Source: Marsupella aquatica (taxonomy: Eukaryota > Plantae > Marchantiophyta). Taken from it: a stretch of DNA of 64,000 nucleotides. A program made the translations under genes and the position numbers. Location: positions 7,175,251-7,239,250 of the forward strand of contig OZ316892.1 of the NCBI GenBank assembly GCA_973895155.1. The letters run 5' to 3'. Below the pieces are notes generated by a model. It ran no database searches and was not told where the DNA came from. It saw only the letters and a program-made list of their open reading frames with translations. Each line of letters opens with the position of its first letter. Within the stretch, counting starts at the first letter, position 1. Below are positions 48,101 to 60,759 of the stretch, one piece after another.

Positions 48101-51100
48101 AACCTTTTGTGTGCAACTGGCTAGGATGCAACTGGGTTTGCCTGGCCTGGTGTCCACCAGAAAGAGAATCATCTAGTCAGATCTGTAGTCATGCATGTGT
48201 AGCATTGTAAAATTAATCTGGGTGGCAAAAGGGATACAAGGATTTCAATAGCTCAAGATGAAGGAAGTCTGCATTTATCAAGATGGGTCTTCAGTAGCTA
48301 CTTACTCAAACTTACTGTCTTTTGGAAGCCTAGATGACATTATCAATGCTGGGCAAGGGCAGCACTCTGAAGAATCCGAGAAATTTTCACAAGAAGTTCA
48401 ACAAAGGAAAGCAAAGCAAGTACGTTGTTATTGTAGAAGTGCCCTTTTTGGTCATGGGTAGATCATACTCAGCCTTGCATAATTTAACCATGAGTTGAAC
48501 TTCTCTGCATTTGAATACTACAGTGCAGCACAAGCTGTTTAAGGACTGAAATAGCTCTCACACTCGCTGCAAGAGCATGCTTCCCCCTGTCTCTGCACTG
48601 GCAAAATTGAACCTAGCTTGCTTTTAAACAAAGCTCGGAAGAAAAAGAAAATCTTACATTGCAGCCATTTACTTTCTTCCCATTTACTTACAAACCCTAA
48701 ACCCATTTGCTTCCACACTCACCAAATTCTTCGGCTAAAAAGTTGTTAGTGACTAATTAATGTCTGTAAGGTGATACTATTATTCAGCAGCTAGCTTTAG
48801 TTTGAGCCAAAAACAAATTAACCCATGCTAAGAAGATCCTCATTTTGGGGGTTTGTAGGATGAAAGCATGGACATTATATCTGAGGGTTTGACAACACTT
48901 GGCAATATGGCTCAAGACATCAACGAGGTTTGTTCTTGGCCCTTGATAGCAACCTGGACAGGTAACAACGGTACCAAATGGTGAAGTGCAACTTTTAAAT
49001 GGGCTTTTAAAGAAATAATGAGACACTGTCTAGAGAAACTAAACCATGTATATGTAGGAATCCTACAGTAGTTTACTTGGAGGGCCAGTCTGTGTGAGCT
49101 TTTGGGTGTTTGTCGTGTTCTGTCGTCCCTGATACATGAACCTTGCTTTAATTCCAAGTATATTAACTCAGGATCCTTATGCGTATGCAGGAGCTTGATA
49201 GACAAGCACCATTGGTGGATGAAATTGACACTAAGGTAAAATCTCCTTAGTTACATTCTTTTCCATGTTCTTCTTTACTACGAGTCTACACTTACTATAG
49301 GTTTTCTTAGATTTAATATTTGGCAAGGAAAACAAATTTAGAACTTCATTTGGAGGCTTAAGCTTTGATGAGTTTTATTTGTAGAAAACTCCTCCCTTGC
49401 AGTCTGCTATGCTCTACTTAGAAAGGGGTTAGAAAAGCACTTTTGTCCATATGAGCATGCTTGAGGCCATAAATGGACCAAGTTTCACCGGGAGTTTCAC
49501 GGAGGCTGCAAGGGATGGTTTTTCTTCTATAATAATCACACGCTCTCAATGACCCTTCACTTCTTGTATTTGGTGGAAGATGACAGCTGGGCAATTAAAA
49601 GAGACTAATATATAATATATTTTCTCTGTAGTTGCATTGCATGCTTCTCTCTTTCCGCAACAAGAAAGCTACTGTAAATCTACTACCATAATAATAAGTG
49701 ACCCCCCCAAAGGTGGAGTGGTCTTTTACGGAATCAATAGAGGTGGGAATCAATTTTCACTGTCAGATTTACAATAGGTTTTTTGAGAGCCGTTGGATTG
49801 TCCAAATAGGGCAGGATGAGGGAGGGTGGGATGGGGGGAGGGAGAAGAACAGACTGAGGAGGAGTCAGAGTGGCCGGGTGGCAGGTTATGGCAATTGGGA
49901 GTGGAATTGCCACAATGACAGCTATGTATATGCAAAAGACAAGCATGTTAGGGCTTGTGTGATTTTAGACAATAATTAATGTTAGATGTTGTCTCTTGAA
50001 TGGGTCAACTTGGGGTTTGTAGGTTAACAAAGCCCAAACAGAAATGACGAGCACCAACTCAAGGTTAAAAGGCATGCTACTCCAGGTCCAGTTTTCAGAG
50101 CCTGACTCTTCAAAATCAGTTACATCCTAACATTTCTGTTCATTTGGATACAATATTACAATACCCAGCTGACCAAAAGAGTTGCTGACGTATTTCTGAC
50201 CTGTGAATGATGCAAAGACAACACAATCACCAAAGGAGTTGTTGATGTTGTTTTTATTTTATTTTAAAACTAAGGGGGACCACCTTAGCTTATAGTTCGG
50301 GAAGACCCAGGTTTTATATTATGGTATTTTCATGTAAGTTGTTGCAGTTGCTCGTGTTTTTAGAAGCAACCGTTTTAGGATCTATCTGACCAATTTTAGA
50401 TATACATTTACCCTCCTTTCCCCCAAAAACCACATTAAATCGCACCACCACTATAATATGGAAAAAGGAAAGTTCAATATGTATAACTGAATTTAAAATT
50501 CGTAAGATTAAAGCTGAATCGTATAATGAGTGGGAACCTGAGTGGGAACACCTACAATTGACTTTACAAGAACTGGGGGCCCATTCAAATGTGGTGTCTA
50601 GTGATCCTACACGACAAAGCAATGGGCCCAAGTACCTGTTTGTGTTGAGTGCTTCTTTTGTCTAGAATTTCAGAAAGGTGGTCCAAACATTTGGCTCCTT
50701 GAGTCAAGGGATTTGCATTATTGAAGTTCATTTCAAAAGATTTTTGCTTTTGAGTCTCTTTAAAACAAGAAGTGAACCTTTGATTTACTTTGGTGAAAAC
50801 AGTCACAAGTGCCTTGACATCTTGTAAATCCAACCTAAGTCATTGGCAAATTGTTAGGGTAACTAAGTGCTTAAAAGGAATGATAATTCATTTTACTTCC
50901 AAAAAATATGAGAACTTGGGCATAATTATTTGACAATCAGTGACCATGGAAATCATTGTTGAGCTCACAGTTCCGCACGAGCCGGAATTTTGCTGTGGAT
51001 GTCGTATTGCTGATTGTAATATTGAGCATAGCATCCGTCTTGTACAAGTGAGTGAATTGGAACGCAATCAACTTCCATGCACTCTCTCTCTTAACATATA

Positions 51101-52103
51101 TGGATGCATATTATTCAACCTTAAAATTAGAGATCCATATTTCTAACCAGAAAACCCTATGGGGAAGCCATTCTTGAACTCTTATTTTGCGCCACGGGAA
51201 ACAGGGCTCAAGCCTAGGAAAAGGCAAGTTGTTCTTGTTTCAACAGCATTGCCTTTGCTGTCATTTTATAGTGAAATTTAGTTTCCCAACACGTTTCCAT
51301 GTACTCGAAAGACAGTGTCCAAGAAAAGGAGAAAACATCAATCTTTGTTCCCCTATAGTGGAAAGTCTTTACTTAAACTTGACCAAAACATTCACAAATA
51401 GTCAAGTTCTTTGTGATACGTCTACTTTGTGGGGGAGACCATAAAAGTCAAGGTTGTTAGCTCCAAATGTGGAAAAGGCAAATTGTTCTTGTTTCAACAT
51501 AATTGCCTTAGTTTGCTTTCATTTTATAGTAAAATTTAGTTCCCAACACGTTTTGATCTACTGGAAATAAAGGCAGTGTCCAAGAAAATGAGAAAAGTCA
51601 ATCTTTGTTCCCCTTTAGTGATTCTAATAAGACTCACCAAAATGTACAATTCAGGGAAAAACAAAGTACAATGAAAGGAAAGAAAAAGAAAAGTGGAAAG
51701 TCTTAACTTAAACTTGACCAAAACATTCATTCACAGTCAAGTTCTTTGTGAACTGGTCTACTTTGTGGGTGAGACCATAACAGACAAGTTGGTTAGCTAC
51801 ATGGTCTACTTTGTGGGTGAGACCACAAAATACAAGTTCGTTAGCTCCAAATGTGACATGGTCTACTTTGTTCAACGATAAAGTCGGGTGAAAAGTGATG
51901 ACAAATCATCACGAATAACGTCATTTAAACCTCATTTTATTTGACGAATGATGACATTGTGCCTAAGCCTTCCACAGGAGCGTCAAGCAAAGCATTTATA
52001 AGGAGTAACTTAGATGTAAAGAGTTGAAGTTTATTGCTTACTACAGTATTATGTGCTCACCTTCTAAGCCTACAATTCCTATTTTTGCATCAGGATTATA
52101 TAG
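45175..52103 (+). CDS. SYP7: Syntaxin of plants 7 family Qc-SNARE (SYP71-like), 9 coding exons
   Basis: Exons ~45175-45330, 45814-45939, 46564-46741, 48334-48419, 48859-48927, 49191-49235, 50023-50085, 50971-51047, 52094-52103 give MSVTDILTRANTLYKKYEKYDVEK...EKNRAIIATVNAEIRRAK...KVKGVTPDDLALRPDMV...IEEIPDG...RKAKQDESMDIISEGLTTLGNMAQDINEELDRQAPLVDEIDTKVNK...TNSRLKGMLLQFRTSRNFAVDVVLLIVILSIASVLYKII*. It has a SNARE motif and a C-terminal TM helix. The final 10-nt exon is the least certain. Confidence 0.92.
47413..47909. mobile_element. Non-autonomous long-TIR fold-back element (MULE-like) in SYP7 intron 3
   Basis: ~125-bp imperfect TIRs: TCTGGGATTTA...TTGCCA...TTTTTTGG...ACCTTG.CACTGA...TCACTCTTTTTGTT...GGTTAAGAAAAC on the left matches the reverse complement of ~47787-47909. 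An inner inverted pair GGGTCTCCCTCAA / TTGAGGGAGACCC is also present. The TSD is not clean. Confidence 0.78.
51217..51875 (+). repeat. Tandem duplication (~254-bp unit x2; second copy has an insertion and internal repeats) in the last SYP7 intron
   Basis: GGAAAAGGCAA.TTGTTCTTGTTTCAACA at ~51217 and ~51471; ACTTAAACTTGACCAAAACATTCA twice; GTCTACTTTGT repeated four times. Confidence 0.85.
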
Positions 52104-55100
52104 AATTGAACTTTTACGCATGTGCCACGCATGTACGACGTCCAAGGCCTTCTAAGGCCTAGTTGGTAATGCTCAGGTTTTATCCGCTGCTTGCTATGCA
52201 TGTAGGGTGATAAGTGACAAGAAAAACAGTGCATGAAGATGATCTGAGCCGCGTTCATGGATTTCAGTCTTATAACCCATGACAGCTTTTCATGTAAGTA
52301 TGCCTGTGAAGATATATTGACTTGATCAAATCGGCTGTCTTCTACGTATGCAATATCCTCTCATTTTCAATTCCAAAACTGTTACTTGAGCCCTATTTCT
52401 AAAATTTCTGAAACGATATTTCCTTTTGCAAGAGGAGCTCAATCGGAATGGTTCACTTGGATTGCATTTTGTCTCAGTTCTGAATAGCACCTTTGGCTGC
52501 CAGCACTGTGCTTACAGTCTCAAATCAAGTGTAAATTAATTGACAAATTTGAATGTTGGTCATGTACAGATTCCCAAAAGGATTGTCTCATGCCCAGAAT
52601 GACATGGGGTACGATCATATTAAGGTTAGATTTATATATTTTTCATGCAAGCTCCTTGAATGTGCTGTAGTTTCCATGCAAACCATGGCCACCGGGCTGT
52701 TCAAAGTGCAGGCCATGCTTGGGATCTTCGTTTCAGTTCGCCATATAGACGGCTTGTTTAGCTCGGAACATTTGCAGTCCACTAGAATGACTTTGTCGAA
52801 GTCCACAAACATACTGTATTGCAATTATAACTGAGACAGGACAGTACTTGGATACAAGTGGGCCCGCTAAGTACTGTTAGGTATTGTGTAGCTATTGCTT
52901 TTCTCGTAGCCCTACGAAGGGCATGGATCAACCATTCAAGAGCTCTTGTGAAGTACTCTTGAATGGCTGTCCCATGATGCTTATTATAGTATTCTCTGGG
53001 TGGGTACCCCATAAAAGTGCACCTTGAGCAGCTGGGTTTAGTTAGTGTTAATTTGGTCGAGGTAGGTACCTGGACACTCATAATTAATTAAGCCCCAGCA
53101 GGCATTTCAGTAAGCTCTCAAGAGGTAGGAAAGCTAGGGCAGTCTATTATTTCAAGGACGTAAGACAGATTAGCAAATCTAACCATCCTACTTCATATCC
53201 ATCGCATGTACAAAAAAAGGCTGGGGGGAGCTTGAAGAGACAGCGTGATCAAAACTAAGAAACTGAGACAGTTGATTGTATATGGAATCTCAAGATGTAA
53301 CTACTGCAGGTTGAAGAGCAGCACGAATTGAAGGTATACTCAGTATGTATCCAAGCTGCTGTGCTCCTTTTTTGCAGTATTCCCTTGCCATGATCTGTAC
53401 ATGGTATTCTGATGTGTTGCTTAGTTACATCTCGTTTTAGGTCTGACAAAGGCATGGCGTATTATCGATCGCATAATTAGAGCGGTCATATATGGATCTT
53501 GCCAAAGCACGGAGACCGGGAGGGTGACATGAACACTTCAGCTTTGTTAGTTGTATTATAATTAAAGCAGGTGCTTCGTTTATCAAATGTTGCATTTCTC
53601 ATACTAACTGCATCTCTTCTCAGCCATGCCACATATCCACAGCTCATGAAGCCTTTTGATCGAGGACTTATGCAGCAATGGATCGATCACTTCGGGCCGT
53701 TTAGCAAACAAACCAAAAGTAATACCTATTTAAGGGATGTCCTAATTTGTACAATTCAGTGAATCTTTTTTGGGTTTGAAGATAATAGGGAAAGGAGTAC
53801 GTGTTAATCTTTCTGAAGCAGTATGGCAATCCCGGATCATGACTAGGATTGGAGGATGTGCCCATTGAAACTGGAGGCCCGGATGAAGCAGGGGTTCTCC
53901 AGGGCACATGGTTGAGGATGCGCGCCTACGTACATTGGATCCTGTCGGGGCAATTTAATGATAACATTCGGTGCATAAATCGGATACATGGCGTCGCTTC
54001 ACAAAGGAGAGATCGACGACATTGATCTGCTAGGAGGAAATGGTACTAGAAAACTGTAGAACAGCTTGCTCTAGTGTAACAATGACATTTGAAGAAATTT
54101 TAGGTATAGTGGTTTGCCGGATCGCGGTTGGGATGTGCCACCTGAGACATGTGCGGTGGTTGTTAAGATATCTCAGAGGCCTTGTAATCGGCTGTTTAAG
54201 ATCCCACCAAATGATCGATGGCCACAGAATGATCCTCAGACACTTTGGGAAGAAGTTTGAAACGAAATGATCTCTACCATGCTCTAATTTCCAATAAGCA
54301 ATTAAAGCCTGGCTTGCAGTTCGTCCTTTTCACAGCTTGAACTTGTGTTATATTCTGCATACAGTACTGCAAAATGAAACAAGGCTTGGTAGGTTCTATT
54401 CTCAAACCGCCACTAGCCATATAAGGGTAAGTGTCCAAAACCTTCTCCATTCTTCACTTTCCTCTCATTTTTCTCTTCTCCAGTTCCATATTGCTACACA
54501 AATTCAGGAAAGGATACTATTTATGGTGAAGATTTTTGTCATGGCTAACTGTGATGGTTTAAACTGCACCAGCATTATCATCGATCATCTTCTATTCAAT
54601 TTGGAATCTGGACATGAATAGTTCTGAGTGTTTTGGTCCCCAGCTAGAGATCCACTATTTCGTTAGAAGCGCAGATCATGGATGGATCCCGGCGAACAAA
54701 AACGAAGATTCCCGCGAATATCACGGTTGGATCTTCATACATACACGCACCAACCATATCATTCGCTTCATTTTTCTTACCTTCGATCCCACGGAAATGA
54801 TTCAGCACTACGCGGGATCATTGACAAGAGAGAGAGAACGCGTGATGAGGAGCTTTTTCAGGCTCGGGAGCAATAGAAAGCAGTAGACAAAGTAACTTTG
54901 TTTTAGATCGGGCCCTTCTCGCTCTCGCTCCCGCTCCCGCTCCGTGTCTGTCTGCCTGTCGGCACCTGCTGCATGCTGGCTAGCTCCGTGCTGAAAAAAA
55001 GGACCCCTACTATGCTGCTGTTGCTGCTCTTTTCGCTGCTGCTGTTGTTGTTGTGGCACCTGTTCGTATATTCTGTATACCCAGCAAAATGGGGACGGCG

Positions 55101-57095
55101 GCCGTAGACGGAATCCCACAATTAATCAGTTTCGTATCCTCGTACAGAATCCTATCCTTGTGAGTGAGTGCTGATAATCCTGTAACTGTTTCACCGATCC
55201 CATGTCATTCGCGATGAATCCCATATATCCCAATCTTAGGTACACTTTTGCAGTGACCCCCTTTGCCCAGGCTACGCATTTGCACCCTGTCCGAATCTCC
55301 GTCCCAGGTGCTATGTTCGATGCAGTGTTAAGGTTGCTGATTGGCTGATGTGTTTGTAACGTTACTGAGATGTAGATACTTGCGATACTGATTGCCCCAC
55401 TTACAGGCTTGAACAAGATTTGGTCATGAATTGAAAAGTCTGGAAACCCTAAGAAAATTCATCCGTTCCTTCATTTGAGGATCATTCTCCGTTTTAAGTG
55501 AATTTTGTCATGACGGTCTTTGACAGAGTCTACAACTCAGTCTTCACAATGCAGGTAAGAATTTTGAGAATGAAAGCATGTCCTCAATCCGGGCAACTTT
55601 TTGTCTGGAAAATTCCATCTTAGACTGTTGCGTAAGACCCCAACAACGAGGTTGTTTGCAATATATGAATTAAGGCTTAAAAGTTTGCTCAAATTACAGT
55701 CCGTTGGTAGACTAGCTGCAGAAACTACTAACAACATGAATTATTGGGAATTGAAGCAAGCAGGTACCCCTGCATTTGATTTCAATTGCTAGTTTGGATT
55801 AGAATAGGAGCCTTTGCCACAGACCAAATCTCGTTCTTTAGATTAAAGGAAAAAAAACCTCGTCTATCGCATCCCCAGGCTGAATTTCATTGCTGCCCCT
55901 CTTGCCCTCGCACGAACATGATAAATTGTTGAAAGTGGAGTAATTGAGTGTTTCTTCTCTTCCTCGTCCTCATCTCCATCCATGCATCTGGGTTCAGCTT
56001 ACAATTGTAGCAGTCCCGTACTCCCGTTACTATTTCATGCTGTCCCGCCCCCCATCCATCCCAAATCTAGGGTACAGTACCTCAGCTGGGCGCAGTAATC
56101 CCTTTGCCCAGCCTACGCATTCGCTTGGTGTCGAAAATAATATCCATCCATCCACTCACGAATCTTTCCCGTCGTCACACACAAACTAGGCAAAAGGAAG
56201 CGGCACACAATTGATATATCAGAAGTACAGCAGCAGTAGTACTGTCCATGTTTTTTTTCTGACTTTGTGGGTTCTCAACATATAAAGAGACACACACACC
56301 ATGTCACGGTGACTATCCTGCGATCGAGTCCTGTTTCCAGTACTATCGTCGATCAGCAGCAGACATTGTAACCAGCCAGCCAGCCAGTCATCTAGCCGCA
56401 CTACTGCATCATCGGAGTGGTCCGGATCAGAGTGAGCTCACCGCTAGCGTAGTTTGCTGCTGCTGTAGGTAGCCGTAGTACGTGAGTCCAGGTAAATTAA
56501 TCATAAGCCTCTCTTTTTTCATGTGGGGCCAAGTCAGTGGAGTGGAGTGGAGTGGAGTGGAGTGAGTGAGCGCGCTTGCTCGCTAGCGAGGTTACAACTT
56601 ACATTTGAAGCTTGGAGGAAACAAACAACCGCGTACACCGTTCATGGTAAGTTGCTAATTGATTACTGGCCAGGGCGTTCAGTACGGGCTCATGTGAAAA
56701 GTGATCCAAGTTGGAGTGGGTTGGACTTGGCAGGGCAGTGGTATGCAGAAGTTCTTCGAATTGTCTGTCTACCCATATCTTGAGAGACTGACGGTTTACG
56801 GATTGCAGCCAAAATACAACAAACATTCGTACAGAGAAGACTCAGGAGTTTGCATCACAGGATTAATGGGAATGATTTTTTCTACTCTCTCAGTCTAGCT
56901 GTGTCTATATATATGTTGTATCCAAATACTGGATCGAGGTAGGTAGCTCAATCATCCCCGATTTCGGTGGGTGAAGAGCTGTCAACTTTTGGTGAATTGC
57001 GTCTACTGCTAGATCTAGAGTAATAGTGCTCGACGCTTGTCTTACTACAGTTGAGGAACGCAAACGTCTCGGGGTAAAAATGTTCGTTCGGAAAA

Positions 57096-57968
57096 ATGCG
57101 CAGAGAGCCTTGTCATGCACAAGCAGTTGGTCCGGTATGCGCTTTTCCGAAGAAGTCCTCAACTGGGGGAAACAATTGTAAGTTACTCGGAATGAGTGGG
57201 TTGGGTGCTTTGGGACTTATGAACCTCGCCATATTCACAAAATGCGACCGTGTTTTGCAACGCTTACTGCAAGAAGATGTACGACATCTGTCTCATATCA
57301 TCTGGGACAAATTGCTCTCTCGTCAATTTGGAGGCATCCGTATTAGCTCTCCATCTACTAGGCCAATTCAAAGCGACTTTCTCTGCTTGTTACTCAGGCT
57401 CAGATTATTCCTTTTGTAAGAAATTGGGCGTGTATAAAGATAAACGTACTCTTACCAAACTTAATATCTATAGTTACTAGTTACAGTAGCTAGCTTAAGG
57501 CCTCAGTGTTTAGATCGTCAATTTTGGCGACAGTAGCTGAAATATCTGTGGTATGTTTTGTCCCAGAAATTGTGGAAACCAGCGCTTGAAGCTAGTCGCG
57601 AATTGAAAAGATCAAAAATTTCAAAAATAGTTGTTCCTGGAAAGATTTTTTCTGTGGAATCGTAGGGTCTATCGCTGTCCACCAGCACAGCCAGAGAGAG
57701 CATGCGAGGCCTCCATGTGGCTGCTGCATTAGGGAATCCTATGTTTATGAAGGTGTTCCTTGATAACGACTTCAATCCGTTGGAATTAGACAATTTCGGC
57801 AATACAGGTTGGCATCATGCTGTTGGTGGAGGAACGATCCCACTTTCTATATCCATCGATCTGCTAGATTTGGGCTGCAAGCATCTTCTTCACGATCCTC
57901 TACAAAGGAAACGACTAGAGGTAGAAGATGTCCAGACTGATTGGCGGATGAGAAGAGTGGAACCTTGA
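57096..57968 (+). pseudogene. Ankyrin-repeat-like gene fragment (pseudogene or partial gene)
   Basis: 57702-57968 encodes GLHVAAALGNPMFMKVFLDNDFNPLELDNFGNTGWHHAV, which fits the ankyrin consensus LHxAAxxG...LL...D.xGxTxLHxA. An upstream ORF has LMNLAIFTKCDRVLQRLLQE. An in-frame TAG at ~57663 precedes the main repeat and the frame ends soon after it. Confidence 0.55.
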
Positions 57969-60518
57969 TGATAAGACCCATGTCATTCAATTTCCAATTC
58001 AATTGGGTCACTGATTTCAGCTCAGCTTACAGATGTTTTACCTCAGATATGACCATATTGAATAAGTTAGATTAAGGGTGTCCTGGAAGTGCGTGATCGT
58101 ATACTCATTTCATGACATCAAATATCAAATGTGAATCAATCGAAATATAATTCAAGTAAGGCTTGTGAACGTAAATAGCCTGCCGAGTGGGAACCTTCGG
58201 CTAGAGTACTAGTTATTTACTGTACAAAATGTATAGCGACCGAGTGATTGATTAATTGATCACGTACGCATCATCATCAATCATCCGCACAACAACAGTT
58301 AGTGGCATTGTGCATTACACTCCACATTCAACGGTAGCATCGACCTGAATTGCATCGATCGCTATGCATGCACCACTTTCCCCGACAGCAATGACAGCAA
58401 TGACTGAAAGCTGCTACCGTGAATAGCTCTTCCTTTCGCTTCATTCCACTTCTCCTTCTCTCATCAGTGGCAGCTCGATCGCTAGCTTGCTTGGGATTAC
58501 GACCACAACTGCCACTACTACTACTGATACAGACTACTACTTCTTCTGAGTGAGATCACATTTCAGCTTAATCTATCTCGAGAAACGCAACGAGTTTGCT
58601 CCCCTTACTATAACGTTACGGAATGAGATCGAAATCCCTTTTCTGGTTCAAAGACAGACCAAAGATGCATCAAAAGAAGTGAAGGGGGGGAGTCAGGCGG
58701 CTGCTGTTGCTGCACGGAAATGTTGACAGTCACAAAGCAATTTCTCAGGATGTCTAGAGAAACGCACTATTACTGTATAATTCAGGTTTTTCCTTTTGTC
58801 TCCTCTTCTCCAACCATCCAACCAATTAATTGCCAAAGAATTAAGTGAAATAGATAATTAAAGGAAAGAACCTACAGGTACATACCTTAAGTCGTAACCT
58901 GGTTTGCTGTCTTTGATTGGGAAGTCCCCAGTAGCCATTAAAAATATTTACGTTTCCCCAGGCAAAAAGTTTTTTGAATGTAGTTTGTCTGGTATTTTGC
59001 TGACACAAGCCAATTGAAAACATGTTTTCATAACCTATCATTCAATAGAAAACAAATTTTCCAGAGCATTTAGCCTCCTACAAATTTTCCACAAGCTGTA
59101 GTGTCTGGATTTTAATAAGCCCCTCATTTCCAGATATAACTTTAAACGTTTTGGGACGTCACTTTCCTAGGTGCCGACTATTTTTAATTAATTATTATGT
59201 GTGCAAGCCTACTGCCGTACACCAAGAGTGAACAAATTGTTTGTCTCCATATTTCTACCACCCCAAATATTCTAACGATGAGGCCACTTACCATGAGAGT
59301 TTACATCAAGACTGAACAAGATATTTCTGCCTATATGTATATTCTACCACCCAAGATATCCTATAGTCCATTATTTTTCTCTACCCTCAAATACCCATTG
59401 TGAGGTACCACAACTTGACTGAACTGGTCAAGCGTTCAAGGTATGTAAAATCATGGATATATGGTCATGTTTTGCCTGATATGTCTTGCCTTTGATGTTT
59501 GGACCTCAGTTTTGACTACTTCTGCCTTTGTTTTGGCAGCTGCATTTGAATAGGTCAACAACCATGGTCCTTTTGAGTTCAGCTGCAAAGCTAACTTCAA
59601 GATATCATTTGCACGTAAGGAGAGGGGTACACATGGCCCCAAGGGGATTATGGATGTAGTCCCTGGAGGCAGTCAGCCCGGCCACGGGGATAATAGCCAT
59701 GGCCCCTTAGTGGGCATGTGTTACTGAGTGTACATAACCCCTTGAATGCGTGTAGTTTATTCTATGTGGACCGACCTGAAACTTGAGTCTGAAACTATAT
59801 AACTCTCAAGCCAGCTAGCTATTAACGGCAGGAGCCCAAAACCTAGTAATGTCCCTTGGGCCAGGCTGGTAGGGGCGCTATGGCCCATAACCAGCCATAG
59901 AAGTACAAATTAAGAGAAACCTACAAAAGGCGTCTATGAAGCATTCAATGCTTGAAGGCATCAAGGCAAGAATGGACACAACTAAATACACTACCTATTG
60001 TGCATTTTTTCACTGGATTTGGCCACATGGTCAAAATGCAACAAATTTCAGATTGAGACAATTTCAACAGGATTGACTGTAGCTATTTTAGAATAATACA
60101 TATGATTGGAATGGAGTCAAGAACGAATATTTGTAACATATCACTTGCTCAGTAAATAAAATGGGTGAAACTATGCATTTCATAATGATCAGTACGCTTC
60201 ATATGATGCTCTCTACTCTACTTGGGAGCTGGTGTACAATTATGATTGAAAACTCCTGTCACTGATCTGCTATAATTCCCTTTTTTGATAAATGTTTTAC
60301 ACCAAATTTCTTTACAATCATAAAAGTTTATGGTACATAATGATCATGTTGTCATTCAACCCTGGACAGAGTTATCTGTATCAACCACCACAGTAGTGTT
60401 TTAAAATAAATGTAGCTAGCTCAAGTGGGAGTCCATTGGTTTAAAAATCAAGAGAAATTTTGGCCCCACCTTTCCAATGGATGCAATAAAAGGGTCGAAA
60501 CATTAACTATTCATGTGC

Positions 60519-60759
60519 TGGGGGGGTCACTATATGAAGAGTCATACATCGCGTGTGACGGTTTGGGTCAATTATGACCCCCTTAAGTCACTTTCTATAA
60601 AATTATACGACATTAATCATGTGATGACACGTATGCATTTTTGTAATTAAACAACCTTATGTTTTCATTGAAGACTTAATAAATCTTCCGCCAAAACCAT
60701 TTAAATGGCCCTATATTTTGTCGCACGTGATATGCCACTTCCATGGAAGTGACCCCCCA
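60519..60759. mobile_element. Small MITE with GGGGGGTCACT termini (PIF/Harbinger-Tourist-like)
   Basis: Left TGGGGGGGTCACTATATGAAGAGTCATACATCGCGTGTGAC versus the reverse complement of the right end TGGGGGGTCACTTCCATGGAAGTGGCATATCACGTGCGAC. The interior is AT-rich. A related solo end, GGGGGTCTCACTTCCGGAAAAATGGCACATCACGTGC, lies at ~61475. Confidence 0.65.

Noticed and set aside
54821-54841. TTGACAAGAGAGAGAGAACGC resembles miR535/miR156-529 family sequence
   Set aside because: No complementary star arm is visible nearby, it needs an indel plus a mismatch relative to miR535 as I recall it, and it is mostly a GA repeat, so a chance match is likely.
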